From: Eledone cirrhosa
Lineage: Eukaryota
Assembly: GCA_964016885.1 (NCBI GenBank)
Contig: OZ024744.1
Span: 50,840,001-50,904,000 of the forward strand
Direction: 5' to 3'
Length of the DNA stretch: 64,000 nucleotides
In this document: positions 52,313-64,000 of the stretch, one piece after another
How positions within the stretch are numbered: position 1 is the stretch's first letter
How the letters are laid out: every line of letters begins with the position of its first letter
Position numbers and translations under genes: made by a program
Notes under the pieces: generated by a model
Databases searched by the model: none
The model's input: the letters and a program-made list of their open reading frames with translations, nothing else
What the model was told of the DNA's origin: nothing

Positions 52313-55300
52313 GTGTACAATTATAATATTACTTTCACATACTCAAATATAGTATGCTTTAAATATACACCAAACAAACTGAAATTTTATAAGTAACAGT
52401 TAAACAAAAAAAAAAAATGACAAAAAGGAAAAAAAGTGTAAAAAATTAGGACCATCTTTATTTCTGAAATGAAAACTTTCTACAAAGTAACTTTTCTTGC
52501 TTTATTGTTGGTAAATATTTCAATAACATTGTCAAAACCTATTTCATCTGTCAATTGTCGCTCTATAAACAGAATGGCAAGATTTCTCTACCACAAGATG
52601 CTCATAGTAGATCTTAAGTAATTCTTGATCAGTTTTAGTTTCGAAAAACTCCTCCCACAGGTAGAAGCACTAACAGCATTATTACTAAATTTGGAATCGA
52701 GTTTCAAGGTCATACTTTTGAATAGACAGCAAAGGTTCAAGGAGGCCTTCTTTCCATGTCTTACACTCTTTAATAGCAGCAACAACAATAAAATGCTGAA
52801 ATCTTTTTCTCTCAACTAGGAACTCCTCTTTATCAATGTCGCCGTAATCGTGACCTATTTGACACTCATATTTATCATTCCAAAGACTCAACAAGATAAG
52901 GAAGTCATATTTCTCAGCAACTTCATGAAGCTGTTGAAATCTCAAATTATTTCTCTGATCACTCTGTCCAGTGAAGAAAACATTTCTTTCCTCAGTTCAA
53001 TGTCGTATGGCAATTCAGCATCTCGTAATCGTTCACCAAACATCTGTTTCTTCTTTTTGGGTTGACACTGACGGTCCACGACTATCCCCAGATTATGGCA
53101 AATTTCTTCAGCATAGTTAACTCCATTACTCACTAGCTTGTCCCTGTTTTCAACTAGAAATGTTTCTAATGCCCTCAGTTTTATATCACATTGTTGTATG
53201 TTCAATCCTTTATTTTAGAAATAAGTCTTTGTGTTGCTAATTTCTAAAAAGATGGGTCCCTACAAGCCAAGAACGCACAAAAAGGAACATGATTGAAATG
53301 CACCAACATCTGCCCTTGTTAACTTTTCTAGGGCACTGAAGGTTTTTGTGAAATGTTTCTTTAAAACGCTTACAGCTTCTCCCCTTGCACTCCACCGAGT
53401 TTATATTCTACTCTTGACACATTGACCAGTGACTGAAGTTAGAACATCCCAGCGATAGGTTAATGAAGAAAAAATATAAATAAATGTTCCATACATCAAA
53501 AGAAAGGTAACAGAATTCATACCAACTGAAGCTGCATGAACATCCGCCAAATTCTGAGAGTGATTTGTAGAAGCGACAAATTCTGCTTTTTGACTAATTT
53601 CCTTAATACGTTTCTGAACACCAGTATGTAGACTAGCCATCACTGCAGCATTATCATATGCTTGTTTTCTACAATTTTGAATATCAATTCTGTCTTTCTC
53701 TAATTTTTCCAAAATCACCATTGAAATATCCTCGGCGGTTTTACCTTTTGTTTCATTGAAATCAACAAATGATTCCACAACCTTCACTTTATCTCCATCG
53801 ATCATATTATTACGTAAAACTTGACTCATTTGATCCTTATGTGCTTATTTGATCAGGAGTGCTATTGAATATCATGGAAAAGTACTTGGCTTCTTTTACT
53901 TGCTTGACGACTTTGCTTCTTACGTTTTCTCCAAACACTTCTATAAATTCGTTCTGAATAATATGAGACAGATAGGAAGTAGCAAATTTGTTTCCCAGTT
54001 GGATTTTTAGATGTTCACGTAGCAAATGTTCACCAACAAATGAACAAGCTCTGAAAGTTTCCTCTATTTTCCGGTAATTCGTAAAGCCAAATTCTGTTTT
54101 GCTAAGAATCTAATAATATCAAGCAGTCTTGAAAGGATTTCCTTCCACTTTTTCACATGACTTTCAACAACTTCTTGCTCTTTTTGTTTTATTAATTGTT
54201 GCTCCACAAGCAATCCTAGTTCCCAATTCCTTCCATTATGTGAAATTCCCAACATGAGCTGCACTGAATTCATGCTCAGATATTCTAGGATTCAGTTTCC
54301 ACCATATGTTGAATCAATCCTTAGAATAAAAATTTGAGTTACTTTTGTCTGAAAGCAGTTTGCAACAAAAGCATTAAAGAGCTTCCTTGGAAGGGGCGTA
54401 CATAATCCTTTTCTCCACTTGGCAGAGTTTGAAAAAACCACTGGCATGTTAGTTTTCTAGTTTGTCCTTTGGTTGACACACCTTGACGAATTACTTCACC
54501 AAATTCAGAATCTAGATTTTGAACCAGAGAGGTACCTTGACGTACCAGAAAGATCCGTGTGTCATTGCTAATCTTGCTTGGCCTTAGACCAACATCTTTT
54601 ATGTCCACTCTGTTCACAGCTGGTTCCGGGTTGAAGTTTTGAAGTTGAATCCATTGACTTTGGCATGATTGGGATTCATAACCTTCTCCAGCTTCAGTAG
54701 TAGTAGTGGTGGAACTATATTTACCCATTGTAAAATACGTATGGTACACAATATTTACTAAACTCTACCATACACTGTCAAATATTGGAGAATGGAATGT
54801 ACAATAGGTAACCTGATCAAATAATATACTGATAGTAATTTAAAGGCAAAGAAAATGAATATTGAATAAGCTGGAATACAATAATTTCGAAAAACAACTT
54901 CAGCTGAAAATCAGAGGTAAAAGATGGTTGGCCAATAAGAACTGCCTAGACGAAGGCACGACCAAAATAATCGGTCAAATCACAAAAAAACCCCCAAAAC
55001 AAGCTAATCACACACAAACTTCATCTGGTCAGAAAGGCCAGGTCCAAAAGACGAAATATAGAGCAACACATACCCTCAAGGGAACTCCTGTCAAGAAAAA
55101 TAACTGAAATTTATATAACAACGAAGGTGGCGTCTCCTCCACCACACAGTAGTGTTGCAGCATTAAAAGAACATTTATAGCCTACAGCAGACCCAAAGGT
55201 ACCGCCCCAACAAAGGTGTCGCTCGAGGCAGACCGCTCCTCCTCCACTCAAGCTACGCTACTTCTGAGAGGCCCGATTGTTTGATAACGGTGTTCTATCT

Positions 55301-55607
55301 GCTTCTCGGAATATAACAGCTCAATGTTGTCCAAATTTCTTTCTTTATTCTCTCATCTCATTTTCTCTCTCTGTTCTTGTCTCTCTCGCTCTCTCTCTCT
55401 GTGCTTGTTTATTTTCCTTTCTCTCTTAGACCCCTCCCTCCATATTTTTCGAACAAAACCGACTAGCTGGAGACCAAGTAGTAGACCCCCGAGCATCCGT
55501 CGGCTAGTCATACTTGGTGATTTAGCCGGATCGATTGGAGGCGATTGCTTTTAACAGGACACACTGGAATGCGTGCTTGAGGACTCTGCTCCCACGACCC
55601 TGCCAGG

Positions 55608-56350
<743 letters not shown>

Positions 56351-56389
56351 CTTCCTTTCCTGGAAAGATCGATGAGAGCTTGACCGAAG

Positions 56390-58330
56390 AAGAATGTATC
56401 TGTCTTCAGTCCTTTTAATCTTGTCCACTACACAACCTCTTTCGCTATGCTCACCAGACAGAGTAAAACTGTTAAATGAAGGTGGTAGACGATGGATTCA
56501 TCCTACTTACGACAATGCATGGGCATTGAACAAGTGCATGCTGATCAGTTTCGTTGGTCTGGGCCCACCACGGTCAGGTCCGTCTGAGGTAACATCCATA
56601 ACTGTAGAGTTTATCTCGAATCTGCAATTCCCTCACCCCCACTCTGATAGTTCTGTCAATCCAGAGATTTATGGAAATTATCCACATAGCTTCTGGACTG
56701 AAAGTCCTCTGGAGCAGACAAGCCAGTTCCTCTTCGTCTGCAACGAGGAATTCCCGGGAAATATCGGCACTCTTCTCCATCACTAACTCTATATATATTC
56801 CTCAGTGCTTCAACAGCCACAGCAGGCCCTGTTCGTGCAGTGGGGATGTTAACAGCATATGGATCCTTTAATTAGTGGAAGAGCAGATGATCAAACTTTG
56901 TCGTACGAGGGCTGGGACAAGACACGATGGTCAGACAGTAATAGATGACGAGGCGATGTAAGCGTTCACCGCCTTTGTTCGACCTTTGAAGTATTGCTTC
57001 ATCTCGGCCAGTTTCTTAGTAAGAGCAGCCACCCTGCTCATAACCTCGTCTTAGTTCTTGTCCACCAAACCAGACCCCTTAAGCAGTAGAACTGGTCCAT
57101 CGGTCCATCGCCCTACAACATTGCCCGACTGCATGTATTTCCTTCCGCAGGTGCCGAGCCGCAACCTCATTGACTCGTTCGGGTTGACATTTGCTCTTGC
57201 TAGCGCCTCATATTCCTTTAGAGCAGTGTCAATTATTTCAAATTCCGTGGTGTCCGACACAACCACGGTGTCCGTATATGTTGACACTGCTTTCCTGCAT
57301 CCAATTTCTAAAGGGATATTCCTTAACAGCTCTATCCATGTCAGCAATGGCTCGAGGGCCAACACATACAGAAGTGGTTAGAGAGAACATCCCTGACGAA
57401 TCAAATATTCGATACGAAACGGCTCAGAGAGGTGGCCGTTTACTTTCACCACTGAGTACGTGCCCCTGCTGTGCATTGCCGCAACACAGCTCTTGGAGAC
57501 AGAATTGATACCAGCTACCTTGAGGACAGCCTCCAGGTATCAATGGTCGACCCCACCAGAAGCTTTCGGTTAATCCAAGTTAATCAGAGCCCTACGTAGC
57601 CAGGTTTATATCATATCCAGTATTTAATGTTTAGTATGCGATGATAGTTTTCATGGATAGATCTGTTTGGGATCGTTGATGTTTGCGCTTTTCCGACCAA
57701 ATTCTCAATAAACACCAACATCTTTGATAGTATCTTGACGAAAATCGTAAACTCTGTATTCAGCCAAATTATAGGCCGGAACTTATCCATTGTGGCATTT
57801 TTCAGAGCAGCTCAAAGAATTGGAAATTCACATATTCTGTTGTCAGTTGCTGTGGACGTCTGACAAGATGTCACCGGACAAGTTTGGCATAAATTCATAA
57901 ACTGGGATATTTACATCCTGCAAAACCGTAGGATAGACCATCCACACCAGGTTACCTGCATCCTGCGAAAACTGCTCATCATCTCCCGTATCTCGGCAGC
58001 CGTTATCGCACTGTCAGCATTTTATGTCTCTCTCACCGAGATACGTCGGGATACGTCGTCTAAGTAGACATTATTTTATCTACAGCAAGGGCGGTGAATT
58101 GGCAGTATTGGTAGAAAGGTCGGACGCCATGCTTTCCAGCATAGTTACGTCCCTTTACGATCTGAGTTCAAATCCCGCCGAGGTTAACTTTGCCTTTCAT
58201 CCTTACGGATGTACCAGTAATGTACTGGGTAATTGCTGGCCTTGTGCCAAAAGTAGAAACAATTATTTTATCTACAACTGTCTCCAGCCTGTCGCTCGTC
58301 CCGAATCGCAAAATACTGCTGAAGGGCTGC
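56390..58330 (-). mobile_element. Decayed L1/Tx1-like LINE RT region
   Basis: Minus strand RQGCSL*PLLYVLALEPLL; the upstream RPII..N...TI.VKILSK and NLD..KA segments are degenerate. Confidence 0.65.
58087..58261 (+). mobile_element. Meta-domain-like tRNA-derived SINE inserted in the LINE
   Basis: A box TGGCAGTATTGGTAG, B box GAGTTCAAATCC, TSD-like ATTATTTT(T)ATCTACA on both sides. Further copies at ~17250, ~25980, ~47420 and 60632. Confidence 0.88.
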
Positions 58331-59261
58331 ACACAGTTCCTGTCCACCTGGGGCTGCTAAGAAGAAGAAGAAGAAGAAGAAGAATATTGTAATGATGATG
58401 ATGAGGGGGAGGGGGAGGAAGAAAGGAGGAGAAGGAGGAAGCAGAAAGGGAGGACGTGGGGATGTTAATGGTTACAATCTGATTATTTCTAAAAAAAAAA
58501 AAAAAATGCAGAGTAAAAATTATGAGAAAAGATGGTCAAAGGGACATTACTCTTTAGAAATATAATATTAAAAATTGAATGAGATTTTCACCATACCTTG
58601 ACAACAGAAAACAACCAAATATCAGAGTATAGAATCCTCCCTAACAGGAATAAATGACTATCAACACACGTGGGAAGTGATGATGACCATTCATTCCCGT
58701 TTTGAGGCTACTATACCCTGATATTTGATAATTTTCTGTTGTCAATTCTTAAATTTTCAATCGCTGCCGTATTCGGGGTCATTTACTTCATAATATAGTC
58801 TGGAAAATGGGTAATTTTTCTAAGTTGCTTCCCTTGATTTAAAAAACCCCCCAGAATTAGTCGTTTAGTTTACTTATTAAGATCCCAACCCATCCTATTT
58901 ATTTTATAACCTATGGAATTTCTAGTAATGTACTTTTCGGTCATGTATAATGTTTTTTTAATGTATAAATAAAATTAATTGTCACAGGAGATAGATTAGC
59001 AATATTTAATAAGCGGGGATGGAAGTGGAAATAAATCTGAAAACTTAATAAGCGGGGGGGGGGGGGGGGGATTATTCGAGACCCGACAGTCAGAAATATC
59101 TCAGCAGAACTCAGAACCCGTTGTTCCCTACTTCATCGTTTCTGAAAGTATATTTCTGCAATACACGAAACCTCCATGAACTTCGGGTTAGTGAATGATT
59201 TACGTAAGAAACAAATCAATAATAAAAACAACAACAGAGTACATACGCACTACAACGGGTA

Positions 59262-59795
59262 AAATTGAGGGAGTGTTTGCCCGGGCCAAAGCTCTCTTGA
59301 TAATTAGTTTTAACTCAATGTGACGCACGAAGCGACCGCCATTCAAGCGGCAAGACAGACCGTGAAGGCCCATGGAGTCGAGGAGTTTGCCACACCAACA
59401 CCTCAGACCCGTAGAGACGTCGGCTTCCACTCTGAGAGCAATGGAGATACGAAGCTCGTCCAAGCTGAGTAGTATGCCACCAATGTTAGCCATGGGTAGG
59501 ACATCAACACCTGAGTATTTGACGTTAGCAGACAGTAAGCGGCACCTTGAAAACTGATCGAACTGGTCAAAGAGAGAGTCAAAGGTGGCCTTTGAATGTA
59601 TGTTGTTCCAAACACTCTGTCTCCATTTGTCCTGCACCTTGTCAGGAACAGACAAACCCAAATCTCTCCATCGTAGAAGAGCTTCATCCATCTCCCCGTT
59701 GTAACTAGTCCGTGTTGGGAAGGAGAGGATGCTGCTCCCCAGCGTGGAGCAAGCATGGGTGGAGGAAAGGAAGCAAGGGAGAGAGAAGGACGAGT
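59262..59795 (-). mobile_element. CRE-clade retrotransposon fragment (zinc-knuckle region)
   Basis: ELRISIALR..CWCGKLLDSMGLHGLSC...GRFVRH...IIKRALARANTPSIL. Confidence 0.8.
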
Positions 59796-59815
59796 TAGTG
59801 AATATGTTAGAAACA

Positions 59816-59855
<40 letters not shown>

Positions 59856-60631
59856 AAAAAAAACTCTAACCCTACTGTCTTAGAAAAGGAAGGTCACACT
59901 AGAGATATTCTTCTTTAGCATTGATTAACTATTTGCTGTTATTGTTTAGCTCACGGCAAACTCCTCATCCAGTAGACCTGATAGTTCGACATATTTTCTC
60001 TCTTTCTGTCTTTAACACGGTAATGTGTAATTAGAGCGTATTTGGCTGCTATTTTTAACAGCTGAAGTGATCAAGTATGAATGCTCCTTCGAATTTATCA
60101 GGTCATTTAAAAATATTTTGGTAAAGGGAAGCAACTAAAATATTAATAAAAGGGAGACAACTATTGTATTACCAGTTTTTTTTTTTTTACTCGTTTACTT
60201 TTGTTATAGTCTTACCGAATATTGACATTTTTGGCAGAAGAAAATAATTATTGACTGAAGCGTAGTGGTTCCAACGAGGAATTGAACCTTGACAGACGAC
60301 AACACTCCATGACTGGGAAATTATATGGACATATTAGGTAGAAAATGCAGGTACATAGTTGAAGGTAATGACTCACTTCAAAAATTTTATGTATCATATA
60401 TTAATTATCATCCATTAATTGTTTCTCACTAACTCTGTTATTTCCTTGCTAATTTAAATATTTGATTATCCACCCCCGTTATTTATTTACCACTTAACCT
60501 TCGTTATAGTTCATTTATATTATAGCTACATCTCCACCTTATTATTTTTTTTTTTATTAAAAAATGTTTAAAAAAAATATTTTTGTATTTCCATATCTCA
60601 TCTTATAACATTAAATTAAATTAATGTTATA

Positions 60632-60820
60632 AGGCGGTGGATTGGCAGTATCGGTAGAGGGTCGGACGCCATGCTTTCCTGCATAGTTACGTCCCTTTAC
60701 GATCTGAGTTCAAATCCCGCCGAGGTTGACTTTTCCTTTCATCCTTACGGGGTCGATAAAATAATGTACCAGTAATGTACTGGGTAATTGCTGGCCTTGT
60801 GCCTAAAAGTAGAAACAATT
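60632..60820 (+). mobile_element. Near-consensus Meta-domain-like SINE
   Basis: GGCGGTGGATTGGCAGTATCGGTAGAG..GAGTTCAAATCCCGCCGAGG..CCTTTCATCCTTACGGGGTCGATAAAATAATGTACCAG. Confidence 0.88.
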
Positions 60821-61090
60821 AAATTAAATTAACCACATTATATTCCAACCTTTATTATATTACTTCCCTTAATATATTCCATATGTAATATAATATTTAA
60901 CGATCCCTATATCTGCAGATTTAATTTAATTTTATTTAATTTCAGTTGTACCTTCAATTATTTTTTTTTACAGAATGAAAACCTTTATTAAGGCGTAACT
61001 GTCAACATAATATTACAAATATATAAAGAGAAAAAAAAAGAAAGAAAAGTGAAAAAGGAAAAGGAAAAAAAGAAAGAGACAAAACACACA

Positions 61091-61349
61091 CGAGCAGGTA
61101 ATACACACACCTAGGACCACATACATCACACAAGCAGGTAATACATACATCTAGGACCACATACATCACACAAGCCGGTAATACATACATCTAGGACCAC
61201 ATACATCACACAAGCCGGTAATACATACATCTAGGACCACATACATCACACAAGCAGGTAATACATATATCTAGGACCACATACATCACACAAGCCGGTA
61301 ATACATACATCTAGGACCACATACATCACACAAGCAGGTAATACATATC
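61091..61349 (-). repeat. 40-bp tandem repeat (~6.5 copies) derived from the CRE 3' UTR
   Basis: Unit CAAGCCGGTAATACATACATCTAGGACCACATACATCACA. Its reverse complement matches GTGTGGTCTAAGATGTGTGTATTACCTGCTTGTG at ~25330-25363. Confidence 0.85.
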
Positions 61350-61785
61350 TATTTAAAGCTGTATATAAATGGTGCAGCTACACTTAGTATTTGCATCACC
61401 AGTCTGGAACCCCTATCTTGCTCAGAACATTGACCGCCTGGAAACTGTTCAGAGACGTGCAACCAAGCGAATACCCTCCATCAGGCATCTACCCTACTAT
61501 GAATGCTGTGCTTCCCTGGGCATGGATACATTGAAGCTCTGACGTCTGGCAACTGACTTGGTAAACACCCACAAAATTATTAACCATCTTGCCAACAACA
61601 ACCCTGAGCACCTTTTTGGTTTCTATGTGTCTAACACACGTGGGCATGCCCAAAAAGTCAGAAAACAGCACAGCTCCCATAACTTTCGGAAACATTTTTT
61701 CACGCTCAGTTGCTGAAGCAGGGAACAAACTACCTACATCAGTTGTTAGCTGTCGAGACACTACATCCTTTAAAACCTCCATGGA
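61347..61785 (+). mobile_element. CR1 LINE 3' fragment, same family as 930-4280
   Basis: Aligns to the reverse complement of ~1115-1535 (SPVWNPYLAQNIDRLETVQRRATKRIP). Confidence 0.9.
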
Positions 61786-64000
61786 ACAAACTACCTGCAT
61801 CAGTTGTTAGCTGTCGAGACACTGTATCCTTTAAAACCCCCATGGAACAAACTACCTGCATCAGTTGTTAGCTGTCGAGACACTGCATCCTTTAAAACCT
61901 CCATGGAACAAACTACCTGCATCAGTTGTTAGCTGTCGAGACACTGCAACCTTTAAAACCTCCATGGAGCAAACTACCTGCATCAGTTGTTAGCTGTCGA
62001 GACACTGCATCCTTTAAAACCTCCATGGAACAAACTACCTGCATCAGTTAGCTGTCGAGACACTGCATCCTTTAAAACCTCCATGGAACAAACTACCTGC
62101 ATCAGTTGTTAGCTGTCGAGACACTGCATCCTTTAAAACCTCCATGGAACAAACTACCTGCATCAGTTGTTAGCTGTCGAGACACTGCATCCTTTAAAAC
62201 CTCCATGGAACAAAATACCAGCATCAGTTGTTAGCTGTCGAGACACTGCATCCTTTAAAACCTCCATGGAACAAACTGCCTGCATCAGTTGTTAGCTGTC
62301 GAGACACTGCATCCTTTAAAACCTCCATGGAACAAACTACCTGCATCAGTTGTTAGCTGTCGAGACACTGCATCCTTTAAAACCTCCATGGAACAAACTA
62401 CCTGCATCAGTTGTTAGCTGTCGAGACACTGCATCCTTTAAAACCTCCATGGAACAAAATACCAGCATCAGTTGTTAGCTGTCGAGACACTGCATCCTTT
62501 AAAACCTCCAGGGAACAAACTACCAGCATCAGTTGTTAGCTGTCGAGACACTGCATCCTTTAAAACCTCCATGGAACAAAATACCAGCATCAGTTGTTAG
62601 CTGTCGAGACACTGCATCCTTTAAAACCTCCAGGGAACAAACTACCAGCATCAGTTGTTAGCTGTCGAGACACTGCATCCTTTAAAACCTCCATGGAACA
62701 AAATACCAGCATCAGTTGTTAGCTGTCGAGACACTGCATCCTTTAAAACCTCCAGGGAACAAACTACCAGCATCAGTTGTTAGCTGTCGAGACACTGCAT
62801 CCTTTAAAACCTCCATGGAACAAAATACCAGCATCAGTTGTTAGCTGTCGAGACACTGCATCCTTTAAAACCTCCATGGAACAAACTACCTGCATCAGTT
62901 GTTAGCTGTCGAGACACTGCATCCTTTAAAACCTCCATGGAACAAAATACCAGCATCAGTTGTTAGCTGTCGAGACACTGCATCCTTTAAAACCTCCATG
63001 GAACAAACTACCTGCATCAGTTGTTAGCTGTCGAGACACTGCATCCTTTAAAACCTCCATGGAACAAAATACCAGCATCAGTTGTTAGCTGTCGAGACAC
63101 TGCATCCTTTAAAACCTCCATGGAACAAAATACCAGCATCAGTTGTTAGCTGTCGAGACACTGCATCCTTTAAAACCTCCATGGAACAAACTACCTGCAT
63201 CAGTTGCTAGCTGTCGAGACACTGCATCCTTTAAAACCTCCATGGAACAAAATACCAGCATCAGTTGTTAGCTGTCGAGACACTGCATCCTTTAAAACCT
63301 CCATGGAACAAAATACCAGCATCAGTTGTTAGCTGTCGAGACACTGCATCCTTTAAAACCTCCATGGAACAAACTACCTGCATCAGTTGTTAGCTGTCGA
63401 GACACTGCATCCTTTAAAACCTCCATGGAACAAAATACCAGCATCAGTTGTTAGCTGTCGAGACACTGCATCCTTTAAAACCTCCAGGGAACAAACTACC
63501 AGCATCAGTTGTTAGCTGTCGAGACACTGCATCCTTTAAAACCTCCATGGAACAAAATACCAGCATCAGTTGTTAGCTGTCGAGACACTGCATCCTTTAA
63601 AACCTCCATGGAACAAAATACCAGCATCAGTTGTTAGCTGTCGAGACACTGCATCCTTTAAAACCTCCATGGAACAAAATACCAGCATCAGTTGTTAGCT
63701 GTCGAGACACTGCATCCTTTAAAACCTCCATGGAACAAACTACCTGCATCAGTTGTTAGCTGTCGAGACACTGCATCCTTTAAAACCTCCATGGAACAAA
63801 ATACCAGCATCAGTTGTTAGCTGTCGAGACACTGCATCCTTTAAAACCTCCAGGGAACAAACTACCAGCATCAGTTGTTAGCTGTCGAGACACTGCATCC
63901 TTTAAAACCTCCATGGAACAAAATACCAGCATCAGTTGTTAGCTGTCGAGACACTGCATCCTTTAAAACCTCCATGGAACAAAATACCAGCATCAGTTGT
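61722..64000 (+). repeat. 61-bp satellite (at least 37 copies, runs off the window) derived from the CR1 ORF2 end
   Basis: Unit TCCATGGAACAAACTACCTGCATCAGTTGTTAGCTGTCGAGACACTGCATCCTTTAAAACC; it shifts by one base per 60-nt line. Confidence 0.97.

Larger units (their letters stand above)
51465..55263 (-). mobile_element. Decayed hAT DNA transposon (ZMYM1-like transposase)
   Basis: Imperfect TIRs CAGTGACGTAGCT / AGCTACGCTACTT. Fragmented transposase: FLAKQNLALR, SHIIQNE, YFSMIFNSTPD, QAYDNAAVM, TRWS, and the dimerisation motif RSFSKLKLIKNYLRSTM. Confidence 0.88.

Noticed and set aside
57385-57430. CTGACGA...GAAACGGCTC hammerhead-like string on the + strand
   Set aside because: It is the reverse complement of the LINE RT motif RQGC.L.PLL, and stems I and II do not close properly.

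Overview
This is AT-rich, microsatellite-dense animal DNA; the tRNA-derived SINE families suggest an octopod cephalopod (inference). The only host gene I can support is the 3' end of a neurobeachin/LRBA (BEACH-WD40) gene on the + strand. It has eight GT-AG-flanked coding exons between 9327 and 28305, which splice in frame to 375 aa ending [12 protein letters not shown], followed by a probably long (~7 kb) 3' UTR. The rest is transposon-derived: a decayed CR1 LINE, RTE, CRE, Tx1/L1-like and R4/Dong fragments, a TSD-flanked Gypsy LTR element with a tRNA-Trp PBS, a decayed hAT transposon nested in a Penelope-like element (PLE), many SINEs and MITEs, and several minisatellites. One of these is a 61-bp array visibly derived from the CR1 3' end. 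The most interesting hidden signal is a set of minimal type I hammerhead-ribozyme motifs (CUGANGA...GAAA...NUH): six with a recognisable, mostly degenerate core plus one family of 3'-half remnants. Several sit in fold-back units inserted in (TA)n tracts, and one unit has a ~318-nt monomer with terminal redundancy, resembling a retrozyme. All folds were read by eye and none has been tested.
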